Shown: positions 13,216 through 23,871 of the stretch, in pieces
Layout: each line of letters starts with the position of its first letter
Position numbering within the stretch: the first letter of the stretch is position 1
NCBI RefSeq assembly: GCF_006345805.1
Contig: NC_043023.1
Location: 5,456,001-5,520,000 of the forward strand
Source: Octopus sinensis
Taxonomy: Eukaryota
Direction: 5' to 3'
DNA: 64,000 nucleotides
Program-made: the position numbers and the translations under genes
The notes under the pieces: model-generated
The model's input: only the letters and a program-made list of their open reading frames with translations
Database searches by the model: none
Told to the model about the DNA's origin: nothing

Positions 13216-13440
13216 GCTGGATAGCAGCAACTCATCTCCCCACCAGCGATGTATAGAAAAACAGTGCCAGAACAGGCTCTGATGTTGCAATTTCCTCTCA
13301 GTTTTAATTCTGCCTCTCTTTCACTGATATTTTGGCAGTGGAGGAAAGTAGAGTGACAGTTGATAACATCAGATGATTAGTATTACTCAACCAAGGTCCA
13401 TATAAGATTTAGTTGTTAAAATTTATCTGCAATAGGCATT

Positions 13441-13830
13441 GGAGTGGCTGTGTAGTAAGTAGCTTGCTTACGAACCACATTGTTCCAGGTTCAGTCCCAC
13501 TGCATGGCACCTAGGGTAAGTGTCTTCTACTATAGCCTCGGGCCGACGAAAGCCTTGTGAGTGGATTTGGTAGACAGGAACTGAAAGAAGCCCGTCATAT
13601 ATATGGTATATATGTGTGTGCTTGTGTGTCTGTGTTTGTCCCCCCAACATTGCTTGACAACCGATCCTGGTGTGTTTATGTCCCCGTAACTTAGCGGTTG
13701 GGCAAAAGAGACTGATAGAATAAGTACCAGGCTTACAAAGAATAAGTCCTGGGGCTGATTTGCTCGAGTAAAGGTGGTGCTCCAGCATGGCCGCAGTCAA
13801 ATGACTAAAACAAGTAAAAGAAAAAAGAAA
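13441..13830 (+). mobile_element. tRNA-derived SINE with CORE-like segment (family A)
   Basis: ggagtggctgtgtagtaag (A box), ggttcagtccc (B box), ggcacctagggtaagtgtctt (CORE-like), internal (TG)n, tail atgactaaaacaagtaaaaga. Confidence 0.85.
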
Positions 13831-13894
13831 GAACAATAAAAGTGTTTTGAGAATTTTTTACTAAAATTCCTCAGAATATTTAATTATAAAAGAA

Positions 13895-14485
13895 TCTTTT
13901 ATCTTTTACTTGTTTCAGTCTTCAGACTGCAGCCATTCTGGGGCAGCACCTGGAATGATTTTTAGTTTAATGACTAAACCCCAGAACTTACTTTTGTTAA
14001 GCTTGGTACTTATTCTATTGGTCTTCTTTTCGATGAACTGTTTAAGTTATGGGGACGTAAACGTACCAACACCACCTGGTATGTGAGGGTGAAGATACAG
14101 ACACAAAGATATATATACATATACACATGTGTGTGTGTATATATATATATATATACATACACACACATATATATACACACATATAAACATATGCATACAT
14201 ATATACATACATATATATGCTTTTGGTGCGAATATATATGCATATATACATACATACCTATATATACACATATATGCTTTCAATGCGAATACATATATAT
14301 ATATATACACATACAGACACACACAATGGGCTTCTTTCAGTTTCCGTCTACCAAATCCATTCACAAGGCCTTGGTCAACCCAAAGCTTTAGTAGAAGACA
14401 CTTGCCCAAGGTGCCATACAGTGGGACTGAACCCAGAACAATGTGGTTGAGAAGCAAGCTTCTTACCACACAGCCATGCTTGCAC
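13895..14485 (-). mobile_element. Family A SINE with expanded internal microsatellite
   Basis: Reverse-complement head at 14320-14485 and tail at 13895-14070; tail-to-tail with the 13441 copy. Confidence 0.75.
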
Positions 14486-14719
14486 CTATAATAATAGTAT
14501 TTTTTAAACATTGAATGACTGTGGTGGGGGGGATGGGGGGCAATAGAATAAAATAGGAATCAATGGGGTCCACAGTTAGGATATGGTTGAAAGGATGAAA
14601 GGCAAAAACCAACCTCAGGGGACTTTGAACCCAGAATATAAATAACCAGAAGAAATGCTAAGCCCTTTGTCTGGCAAGATAACAACTGATGATGATAATA
14701 ATAATAATACTAATAATAA

Positions 14720-14831
14720 AAATCTTGAGGAGTACATGGAGGAATTAGGGGCTGCAATAAGGGTGGAGCACCTGCAGAAAACAGCACTGTTTGGAACCAC
14801 TCGAATACTCCGGATGGTGCTCGAAAAATAA
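14720..14831 (+). mobile_element. R4/Dong-like (RLE) LINE extreme C-terminus
   Basis: LEEYMEELGAAIRVEHLQKTALFGTTRILRMVLEK*, flanked by (TAA)-like repeats. Confidence 0.65.
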
Positions 14832-14884
14832 GCTGACACCGTAGTACATCTCCAGCGTTAGAAGATAACAAAATAATAATACTA

Positions 14885-16422
14885 ACCCTTTTTACTATAG
14901 GTACAAGGCCTGAAATATTGCGGGAGTGGACTGGTCAATTACATCGACCCCCAGTGCTCAACTGGTCCTTATTTTATCAACCCTGAAAGGGTAAAAGGCG
15001 AAGTCGACCGTGGCAGAATTTGAACTCAGAACACAAGGACAGATGCAATGCCACAAAGCATTTTACCCAGCACGCTATCAATTCTGCCAGCTCACAAGGT
15101 CACGAAGCCTGAAATTTGGGGTCAGGGGGATAAAAGGGTAAAGACCCCCTTCAGTTATGAAGGGCCATGGGATTGCACCTAGAAAGTTCCCCTCTGAGGC
15201 ACAAGTCCAGGCAAGGTTGTTTATGGAAGACCAGCAATCGCCCATGCATACCAGCCTCCCCTCTCCGTGCCACCAATGTTATCCAAGGGAAAGGGCAAAG
15301 GGGTCGATACACCTTGGCACCTGTGATGTTGCAATTCATTTCTACAGCTGAGTATATTGGAGCAACGTGAAATAAAGTGTCTTGCTCAAGAACACAACAT
15401 GCAGGTTAGCCCGGGAATCGAACTCACTACCTCATGATTGTGAACCTGATGCTCTAACCACTGAGCCTGACCCCAGAGCTCAACTGCTACTTTATTTTAT
15501 TGACCCCAAAAAAGTGAAAGGCCTCAGTGGAACTTGAACTCAGAGCATTAAGGAGTTGCAAAAATTGTATCTCAGCATTTTGTCGGACATGCTAATGGTT
15601 CTGTCAGCTTGCCCACCATAACCCTTTCGTTACCGTATTTATTTTGAGATGTTCTGTGTTTCTTTCAATTACTTTAAATATAACAAAGAATTCAGTAAAA
15701 TAACTTAGTTATCATTCAGCTAGTGTTAGAAACATGAATTGTAACTAAGGTTTGGTGGAAGATTTTAATTCAGAACTTATGGAAACAAGACATTTCTACA
15801 AGGAGCCAGAGCTGGTTTCAGCCAGGTTGGTAACAAAAGGGTTAATAATAGTTTCAAAATTTTGGTACAGGGCCAGCAGTTGAGGGGATGGGATGTTGAC
15901 TACATTGGCCCCAGTATTTGGCCGCTACTTATTCTATCAACCACCAACAGGATGGAAGGCAAAGTTGACCCCAACAGAATTTGAGAATGTAAAGATGGGG
16001 CAAAATGCAGCTAAGCACTTTGTCTGATGTGCTAACGATTCTGTCAGCATGCTGCCTTGTATGAATATAATTACTGGTTTCAAATTTTGGCACAAGGTCA
16101 ACAGTTTTGGGGGAGAGGGTAAGTTGACAGCATCAACACCAGTGCGCAACTGGTACTTCTTTTATCAACCCCGAAAGGATGAAAGGTAAAGATGATCTTG
16201 GTAGAATTTGAACTTAGAATATAAGGACAAAGAAAATACTGCTAAGAATTTCGCTTGTCATGCAAACCATTCTTATGTCTTGACTGCCCACAAGGGGCTA
16301 AACACAGAGGGGACAAACAAGGACAGGCAAATGGATTAAGTTGATTATATCGACCCCAGTGTGTAACTGGTACTTATTTAAACTTATTGACATGCTAACC
16401 ATTCCGCCAACTTTCCACCTTA

Positions 16423-16454
<32 letters not shown>

Positions 16455-16670
16455 CCTTTCTACTATAGGCACAAGGCCTGAAATTTTGGGGAAGGGGGTT
16501 AGATGATGACCACAATGACCTCAGTGTTTTCACTGGTACTTGTTTTATTGACCCTGAAAAGATAAACGGCAAAGTCAACCTCAGTGGAATTTGAACTCAG
16601 AACAGAAAGATGGACGAAGTATCACTAAGAATTTTGCCAAGCATGCTAATGATTCCGCCAGCTCACTGCC
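14885..16670. mobile_element. Cluster of decayed family B SINEs (gccgaggtcgactttgcctttcatcc core) with a family D SINE (15130-15467) and a piggyBac-like MITE (15619-15845)
   Basis: Repeated gaaaggatgaaaggcaaagtcgacc..aatttgaactcagaa; family D head accactgagcc; MITE ends AACCCTTT..AAAGGGTTAA. Confidence 0.75.
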
Positions 16671-17089
16671 TTTTTAATAATAATAATTGTTTCTAATTTA
16701 GGCACTGGACCAACAATTTTTGAGGGAAGGGATTTGTCAGCTGATTACACCGATCCCAGTATATGACTGGTACTTTATTTTAGCAACCTCGTAATGGATG
16801 AAAAGCCAAGTTGCTCTCAGCGAGGCTTGAACATGGGACATAAAGATCCAGGAGAAACACGAAGAATTCTTGCAATGCTCGACCGATTCTATCAATCCAC
16901 CGCTTCATGGACGCTCCTAACACGACAGAAAATCTACAGGAAATGAGAGAGAGGTATAGAGGCGATCATATACATGTGAGGACCCATGGCTGTGGGTTTA
17001 GGGTGTTGCAAATCTTGAGAGTAAGATTGTGATCTTGATTCCTCAACTGGGCGTTGCATTGTGTTCTTAATGCTAAATAAACACTTTTT

Positions 17090-17289
17090 ACTTGTTTCTG
17101 TCATTTGACTGCGGCCATGCTGGAGCACCGCCTTTAGTCGAGCAAATCGACCCCAGGACTTATTCTTTGTAAGCCCAGTACTTATTCTATCGGTCTCTTT
17201 TGCTGAACCGGTAAAGTAGCGGGGACGTAAACACACAACCATTGGTTGTCAAGCGATGTTGGGGGGGACAAACACAGACACAAAAACAT

Positions 17290-17323
<34 letters not shown>

Positions 17324-17680
17324 TAGACAAGCTTCTTTCAGTTTCTGTCAACCAAATCCACTCACAAGGCTTTGGTCTGCCTGAGGCTATAGTAGAACAC
17401 ACTTGCTGAAGGTACCACGCAGTGGAACTGAACCCGCAACCATGTGGTTGGTAAGCAAGCTACTTACCACACAGTCACTCCTACGCCTATACATACATAC
17501 ATACATATATATATATACTCTTTACTCCTTTTACTCGTTTCAGTCATTTTGACTGCGGTCATGCTGGAGCACCGCCTTTAGTCGACCAAATTGACCCCAG
17601 GACTTATTCTTCGTAAGCCTAGTACTTATTCTATCAGTCTCTTTTTCCGAACCACTAAGTTACGGGGACCTAAACACATG
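17090..17680 (-). mobile_element. Family A SINE plus partial second copy
   Basis: Full reverse-complement element 17090-17490; tail fragment 17520-17680. Confidence 0.8.
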
Positions 17681-17809
17681 GTGAGAATTTACAAAATAAC
17701 AAAAGATGAAAATGGGTGTGTATGTATATTAATATACGTATATATGTGAGTGTGTATATATATATATATATATATATGTGCATACAGACCCCGCCTTAAT
17801 ATATATGTT

Positions 17810-18030
17810 TCTTTATTACCCACAAGGGGCTAAACACAGAGGGGACAAACAAATGAATTAAGTCGATTACATCGACCCCAGTGCGTAACTGGTACTTAAT
17901 TTATCGACCCCGAAAGGATGAAAGGCAAAGTCGACCTCGGCGGAATTTGAACTCAGAACGTAACGGCAGACGAAATACGGCTACGCATTTCGCCCGCCGT
18001 GCTAACGTCTCTGCCAGCTCGCCGCCTTAG
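17810..18030 (-). mobile_element. Family B tRNA-derived SINE, near intact
   Basis: Head aaggcggcgagctggcag..gagttcaaattcc; tail cccacaaggggctaaacacagagg. Confidence 0.85.
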
Positions 18031-18971
18031 TACTTAATATATAGACCCCATCACAGAAATTGACAGCTACAGTATTTCATCGGCCCCTGCAGAAAGGATA
18101 AAAGGTAAGATAAATTCGACTTTGACAGGGCTGGAATTTGATTTCTAATATAGGAGCAAAGGAGGAAGGACCTGAGGGCTTTTAAATAGAAAAGGGACCC
18201 CAATTGATTATTGATTACACAGACCCCTAAAACTCCTTGTGGTAATTTTCCTTCGTTTTTAATTCATCAGTCAGTCGAATCTACAGATGGATAGGAATAA
18301 AGGGTCAAGTGATGTTGGTGGATCTGGGTTAAAATACAAAAGACAAACACACAAAGAGGGATGACATGAACTAAACACCACAAGGTATTTTCTCGGAGGC
18401 TTTACTGATTTATCAGTACAAATATTTGTGAAGGGTGAGGGTAAGATTTTAGTTTGATACAAGGGTGCTGGAATGGGATGGGAAACAAGTGAACTGAGAG
18501 CGTAACGGGGGAAGGGTTAGGGCCCCGAATCTTACCCCACTCCCGAAGGACAGGGGTAACAAAGATAGGTGGAGGAGGGGAGTGCCCGGGAGGAGATAAA
18601 ATATATGCCCCGCCGTCATCGCCACTGCCACCTCCATGTGCTGAGCTCAGAAACCTCCCCTTCCAACCCAACCTTCTAACCCTGACCCCACCCCCACCAA
18701 TAATCGATTCCCTACACTTTTGCACAGCCATCGACCTTGGCCAACACAACCACCACCATTACTAGGGTCTTCACATCATAATCATCATCCACCACCACCA
18801 CCATCAAAATCATCCCCTATAACAATCATCATCATCATCATCATGGTCCTATTTGTTGTTACCTCCAACACCACCATCAAAACCATTAGCTACACTATCA
18901 TCGCCACCACCACCATCGTTGACACCATCACTATCTCATCACCATCACTACCATCATTATCACCATCACCA

Positions 18972-20518
18972 TCACCCGGACTGTCCGTCCTCCCTGTTCC
19001 GGAAGAACCCCTTCCCGGTTGTGCACTCCCGGACAGTAACGGTGACCTTGTTGGACGTGACGTCGGTGATGAACACTTGGTCAAGTAAGGGTTTGACATT
19101 GGGCGGTGGGCACCAGTAGGTCCTCCGCTCGGGGCCTGTCCCTCCTCCACCCACACCGCCCATCGTTGCGCCCCCGACCCCGCCGGCTCCGCCGCCGCTG
19201 CCAGGGCCGCTCTTGTTTTCGGTGTCTGTGCCGTACTCCAGCCCATCGTAGCTGCCGTCCCTCTCCCTCTCTCTGTCCCGATCGCGGTCCCTCTCTCGGT
19301 CCCGCGACACAAACGAGATCCGCTTGCCGGACTTCTCGGATCCGTGCCGACCGGATGAGGACATCGTGTCCTCGTGGCCGTCCTGCAGCTGACCGAGAAC
19401 GGCCCGAGACTCCCCGCTGCCAACACCGCCACCGCCGCCCACGCCAGTGCACATGCCCCCACCGACACCCACACCGCCACCTGGGGCGTTGCTGCCGCCA
19501 CCGCCGGTAGCACCACCTCCACTGCCCCCTCCACCACCGCCGCCATCTTTGCTACACTTGTGGTGGTGGTGGTGGTGGTGGTGATGGCGGTGGTGCTCCT
19601 TATGCTCTGCCCGTTCACCGCTGATGCTGTCGTCATGGCCGCGGACGCGGAGGTGGGGCTGGCAGCGGTCGTCGACGACGCGGATCCCGTCGACACCCCT
19701 GACGACGACCCCACGCCAACACCGGAGCCCTTGTCCTGCTTGCGCATCGTGTGGTGCGTTACGTTCCCCGTGGATTTTATGACTGATGAGGGCCGGTTGG
19801 AGGAGGAAGTCGAGGACAGAGACTTCGCGGAGGCATTTGACAAGGAAGAGGATGAGGTGGAGGTGGAAGAGGAGGTGACACCCAATGTGGTTCGGTTCTT
19901 TGGGGGTCTACCTGGGCCCCTCTTCACAGGAAGGTGGTGCACCTGAAGTGAGGAGCTGTGTGACCCACTTGGGTTCGCGTCCATTAACCCGCCACTTGAT
20001 CTCTCACTGGTCTTACTGCTGCTGCGATGTGCCCCGCCACACGCCCCCCCTCCGCCACCAGATGTGTTGTTGCTATTACTACTATTACTGCTGCTGTTGT
20101 TGTTGTTGCTGCTGCCTGCAGTCATTTTGTCGTCGAGTCCCTTGTGGGACGATGGCCGCTCCCTGTCTCTCTCCCTCTCCCGCTCTCTCTCCCTCTCTCG
20201 GTCCCGGTCCTTGCGGCCGACGTCCGGAGGAGGCGGAGGGGGAGGCGGAGGAGGGGGCACAGCCGGCAGGCCTCTGTAGGTGTCGCGGGGCCGGTATTTG
20301 CCCGACGCCGCACCCTCGTTGCATGCACTGGTCGATGAGGACGAGGCCGAACCGGTCGAGGAAGTCGTGTTGTTGTTGTTGTTGTTGCTGCTGTTTGTGG
20401 TGGTGGTCGTGGTCGAGCCACACAGGCCCTGGTCGATGTGACTGACTGACTTCCGTCGGCAAGGAGGACTTTCCAGCTCCAGGTCCGAGCCATCTCCAGT
20501 GTCATCTGTTGCTGAATC
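18972..20518 (-). CDS. Pc: Pc/CBX terminal exon 5: low-complexity region, AT-hook (19898-19924), Pc box (~19002-19118); contains an apparent 1-nt frameshift
   Basis: Acceptor tttcccttttctttgtag|GAT. Frame open through poly-P, RE/RD, KRGPGRPPK. Pc box YWCPPPNVKPLLDQVFITDVTSNKVTVTVRECTTGKGFF lies in the -1 frame. Length 1547 nt is not a multiple of 3. Confidence 0.85.
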
Positions 20519-20729
20519 CTACAAAGAAAAGGGAAAGATATAAGCTTTTGTTAGCATCAGAAGAATTTAGGGGTTATTCTACTTCACTTTTGTATCTGGT
20601 TTGCAAAGCACCTTATGTGAATTTGTGTTGGGAACAAATTTTGTTGTATCTGGGGAGAGTTTTACTGCTTTAAGGTAACACACTCAGCAATTTAATTTCC
20701 ACACATTTATTTATTCCAGAAAACTTTGT

Positions 20730-21126
20730 CGTTGCTGTTTGTTTGTTTGTTGAGCGAAGCGGTCTTCGTCCCAGAGCTCGCAAGATCGCGCCTCTGTAGT
20801 GGGAGAAGTCCGGAACGTGGTCCTTTGCTATTCGTAAGACCCGCAGAAGAGAAAGCAGGTCAACCCCCGACACCGAGAGCATCGACAGATGGATGAATGC
20901 GCATCCAGGCTCAGCGGTTGCGTAGGAAGTCGGGGACAAGAAACAGGAAAAAAGAGTGAGAGAAAGTTGGAGCGAAAGAGTACAACAGGGATCGCTACCA
21001 CCCCCTGCTGGAGCCTCGTGGAGCTTAAGGTGTTTTCGCTCAATAAACACACACAACGCCAGGTCTGGGAATTGAAACCGCGATCCTCCGACCGCGAGTC
21101 CGCTGCCCTAACCACTGGGCCATTGC
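20730..21126 (-). mobile_element. tRNA-derived SINE (tRNA-Arg-like head)
   Basis: gcaatggcccagtggttagggcagcggactcgcggtcggaggatcgcggtttcaattccc followed by a non-tRNA body. Confidence 0.75.
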
Positions 21127-21339
21127 ACATCTACTGTTGTTGCTGTATCAATGGATTTTGACTCTAAATAAATGAGTGGAAATTCAACTGGTGAGTGTGT
21201 TATACTATGGCACTATGACTCTCCTCAGACACAACAAGAATTTTGAGGTTACAGGAAATTTTGCTGTAAATATTTTTGTCATACAAAAATAATTCACTGC
21301 AAGAAATTTCATTTGAAATGACCTCAACACATTTGTTTA

Positions 21340-21800
21340 ATATTTGATGTTGAATAAACACTTGCTTACTTAATGTTTTTTTAATAACTTTTTATCATTC
21401 TGTTTATTTTCAAACATTTGAATAAAGGTGCCTAATTTAATGTTTTTATGTCTTTCGTCACTCTGTTTTATATTTTAAAATATTTGAATAAAGACTTGTT
21501 CGTTTAATGCTTTTATAAAACTTTTCATCATTCTTTTATTTTATAAAATTTGAATAAAGACTTGTCCGTTTAATGCATTTTTATAACTTTTTGTTATTGC
21601 TTTTTATATAATAAAATTTGAATAAAGACTTGCCTATTTAATGTTTTTATAAAACCATTCATCATTCTTTATTCTGTGAGTAAAGACTTGTTAGTTTTAA
21701 TGCTTTTATAAAACCTAACCTTTTTAATTTAAAAATATTTGAATATTGACTTGTCTATTTAATACTTTTATAAAAAATTATTATCATTCTTTCCCTTTAT
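21340..21800. repeat. AT-rich minisatellite, ~65-bp period, ~7 copies
   Basis: tttgaataaagacttg..tttaatg..tttata at ~21352, 21420, 21486, 21552, 21620, 21680, 21741. Confidence 0.85.
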
Positions 21801-22244
21801 TTTAAAAAGATGCTGATATAATTCACATTATCATTGTCCATGCAATGAATTTATCTCACAGCAAATTATCCTATACAGCAAAATTTCGTAAGGTAAATTC
21901 CCCAAACACATAACTTATAAACATTCAACGGATCATGAAATGACTGTTTCGTGACAGGGGATTTAGAAATAGATGTTAAAACTATTTAAAAAAAGTGTTT
22001 AAATATTAGTTTCACATTTTGGTATACATACATGCAAAAATGATAAAACAAGATGTATTAAAGTCTTTTTTTATGAATTCCATGTGCACTAATGGATTCC
22101 CACATGAGTATCCAGTAAAAGAATTCCTGCTGTATCATAGCACATGGTGTCTAATTCCTGAAGAGGACCTTTGAAAAGCACACTATAAGTTTTTTTACCC
22201 ATACATACACAGATATATAAATACAGACACAAACATTTATATAT

Positions 22245-22790
22245 ACTCTTTTACTCGTTTCAGTCATTTGACTGTGGCCATGCTGGAGCACCGCCTTTGT
22301 AAGCCTAGTACTTATTCTATCGGTCTCTTTTGATGAACCGCTAAGTTACGGGGATGTAAACACACCACCATCGGTTGTCAAGCGATGTTGGGGGACAAAC
22401 AGACACACAAACATATACACACACATACATCATCATCATCGTCATCGTTTAGCGTCCGCTTTCCATGCTAGCATGGGTTGGACGGTTCGACCGGGGTCTG
22501 GGAAGCCAGGAGGCTGCACCAGGCTCCAGTCTGATCTGGCAGTGTTTCTACAGCTGGATGCCCTTCCTAATGCCAACCACTCCGTGAGTGTAGTATACAT
22601 ACACACATATATATACATATATACAACAGGCTTCTTTCAGTTTCTGTCTACCAAATCCACTCACAAGGCTTTGGTCAGCCCGAGGCTATAGTAGAAGATA
22701 CTTGCCCAAGGTTCCAGGCAGTGGGACTGAACCTGGAACCATGTGGTTGGTAAGCAAGCTACTTACCACACAGCCCCTCCTGCGCCTATT
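22245..22790 (-). mobile_element. Family A SINE interrupted by an RTE 3'-end insertion (22432-22592)
   Basis: SINE tail 22245-22430 and head 22625-22790 separated by a (CAT)n RTE tail module. Confidence 0.8.
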
Positions 22791-23071
22791 TTTATACATA
22801 TATTTTGTGTAGGTAGTTATGGTAAATCCCAGCTGTTGTCTCTCTCTCTTTTCTTCCTTCATTAGGGTCATCTGTGCTGGTCCTAATTATTGTCTAAATA
22901 TAAACAATTCATCCAAATGTAAAATTTGTATTATTTAATTTCTCTGTCTGAAGAATTTCTAACAGGGAATTCCTTACATGTCCACCTAACATATACAATT
23001 TTGTAACCCCTATTAGGGATCTTTACCTTTTGACCAACAGATTTTAAAAACAATTTTTTGTAACTAAACAC

Positions 23072-23554
23072 TTTCAAACTTTAGACACTGGTAGAATATG
23101 TCATATAAAACATCTTTTACTCTTAGCGTTTTTGAGAAAAACTTATATTTACAAAGTTATATTTACAAAGTTATTTCATGTTAAAGTTGTCGTATTTTGG
23201 TAATTTCAACCAATCAATGATGTGTATTCAGCTGAATAAAATTACTGCCATTGTTTGTCACTGTTATTTATGACATCGTTTGTGCGTTTGTACTGGTTTT
23301 AGCTTTAAGGTTTTAGGGTTAGGGTTAGGGTTGTCATAAATAACAGTGACAAACAAAATATACACTGCTGATAGTTCTTGTTGACAAACAGTGGCAGTAA
23401 TTTTATTCAGCTGAACACACGTCACTGATTGGTTGAAATTACTGAAATAGGACTACTTTAACATGAAATAACTTTGTAAATATGTTTTTCTTAAAAACGC
23501 TAACAGTAAAAGATGTTTTGTATGACACATTCTACTAGTGTTTGAAATTTGAAA
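23072..23554. mobile_element. Foldback element with ~180-bp inverted arms and an inner 22-bp perfect inverted repeat
   Basis: Arms 23072-23260 / 23383-23554; tttgtcactgttatttatgaca / tgtcataaataacagtgacaaa; (TTAGGG)3 in the loop. Confidence 0.85.
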
Positions 23555-23649
23555 TTAGGGAGAATTTGACTGAGATGAAGCTGAAAGATGAAGACAGAAA
23601 TAATAAAATAGAGAGGAGAGGAATGAGGGGAATGGGGGGGGATACTTAC

Positions 23650-23713
23650 TTGTAGTTTTACTCGCTTGGGTCTTGGGCCTTTTTTGTGTGGGAGGACATC
23701 TTTGTCAGTCTGA
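23650..23713 (-). CDS. Pc: Pc/CBX coding exon 4 (64 nt), (S)QTDKDVLPHKKGPRPKRVKLQ, AT-hook-like motif
   Basis: Acceptor gtttttccctattacag|, donor |gtaagt; phase 2 in, phase 0 out; KKGPRPK is like the KRGPKPK motif of CBX proteins. Confidence 0.88.
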
Positions 23714-23871
23714 CTGTAATAGGGAAAAACAAGATATCTTTGGTTTAGTAAAGGACCACATACAAAAGAAATGAGAGAGGGAAAGAGAGCAGGAGAGAGA
23801 GAGAAAACAATAGGGAAAGAGAGAATAGAGAGAGAAAGGAAAAGTAGAGTTATTATATATATATATATATA

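Larger units (their letters stand above)
12320..13300 (-). repeat. Tandem array of ~345-365 bp units, one hammerhead motif per unit (retrozyme-like)
   Basis: Three aligned units; tcatcag (CTGATGA on minus) at 12485, 12849, 13193. Confidence 0.88.

Noticed and set aside
19898-19904. Slippery-type heptamer C CCA AAG just after the -1 frame opens
   Set aside because: It is the Pro-Lys of the AT-hook, and shifting here gives an implausible hydrophobic stretch (HLLFHLHLILFLV) instead of the Ser-rich tract; no clear stimulator seen.
18720-20505. Overlapping plus-strand and alternate-frame ORFs over Pc exon 5
   Set aside because: By-products of GC-rich triplet repeats; no domain signatures. Only the AT-hook frame and the Pc-box frame are meaningful.
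21055-21126. tRNA-like sequences (also 7770-7835, 13441-13500, 15400-15467)
   Set aside because: SINE heads: no proper acceptor stem and followed by family bodies; not tRNA genes.
23308-23332. (TTAGGG)3 as telomeric sequence or G-quadruplex
   Set aside because: Only three G tracts, internal to a foldback element family.
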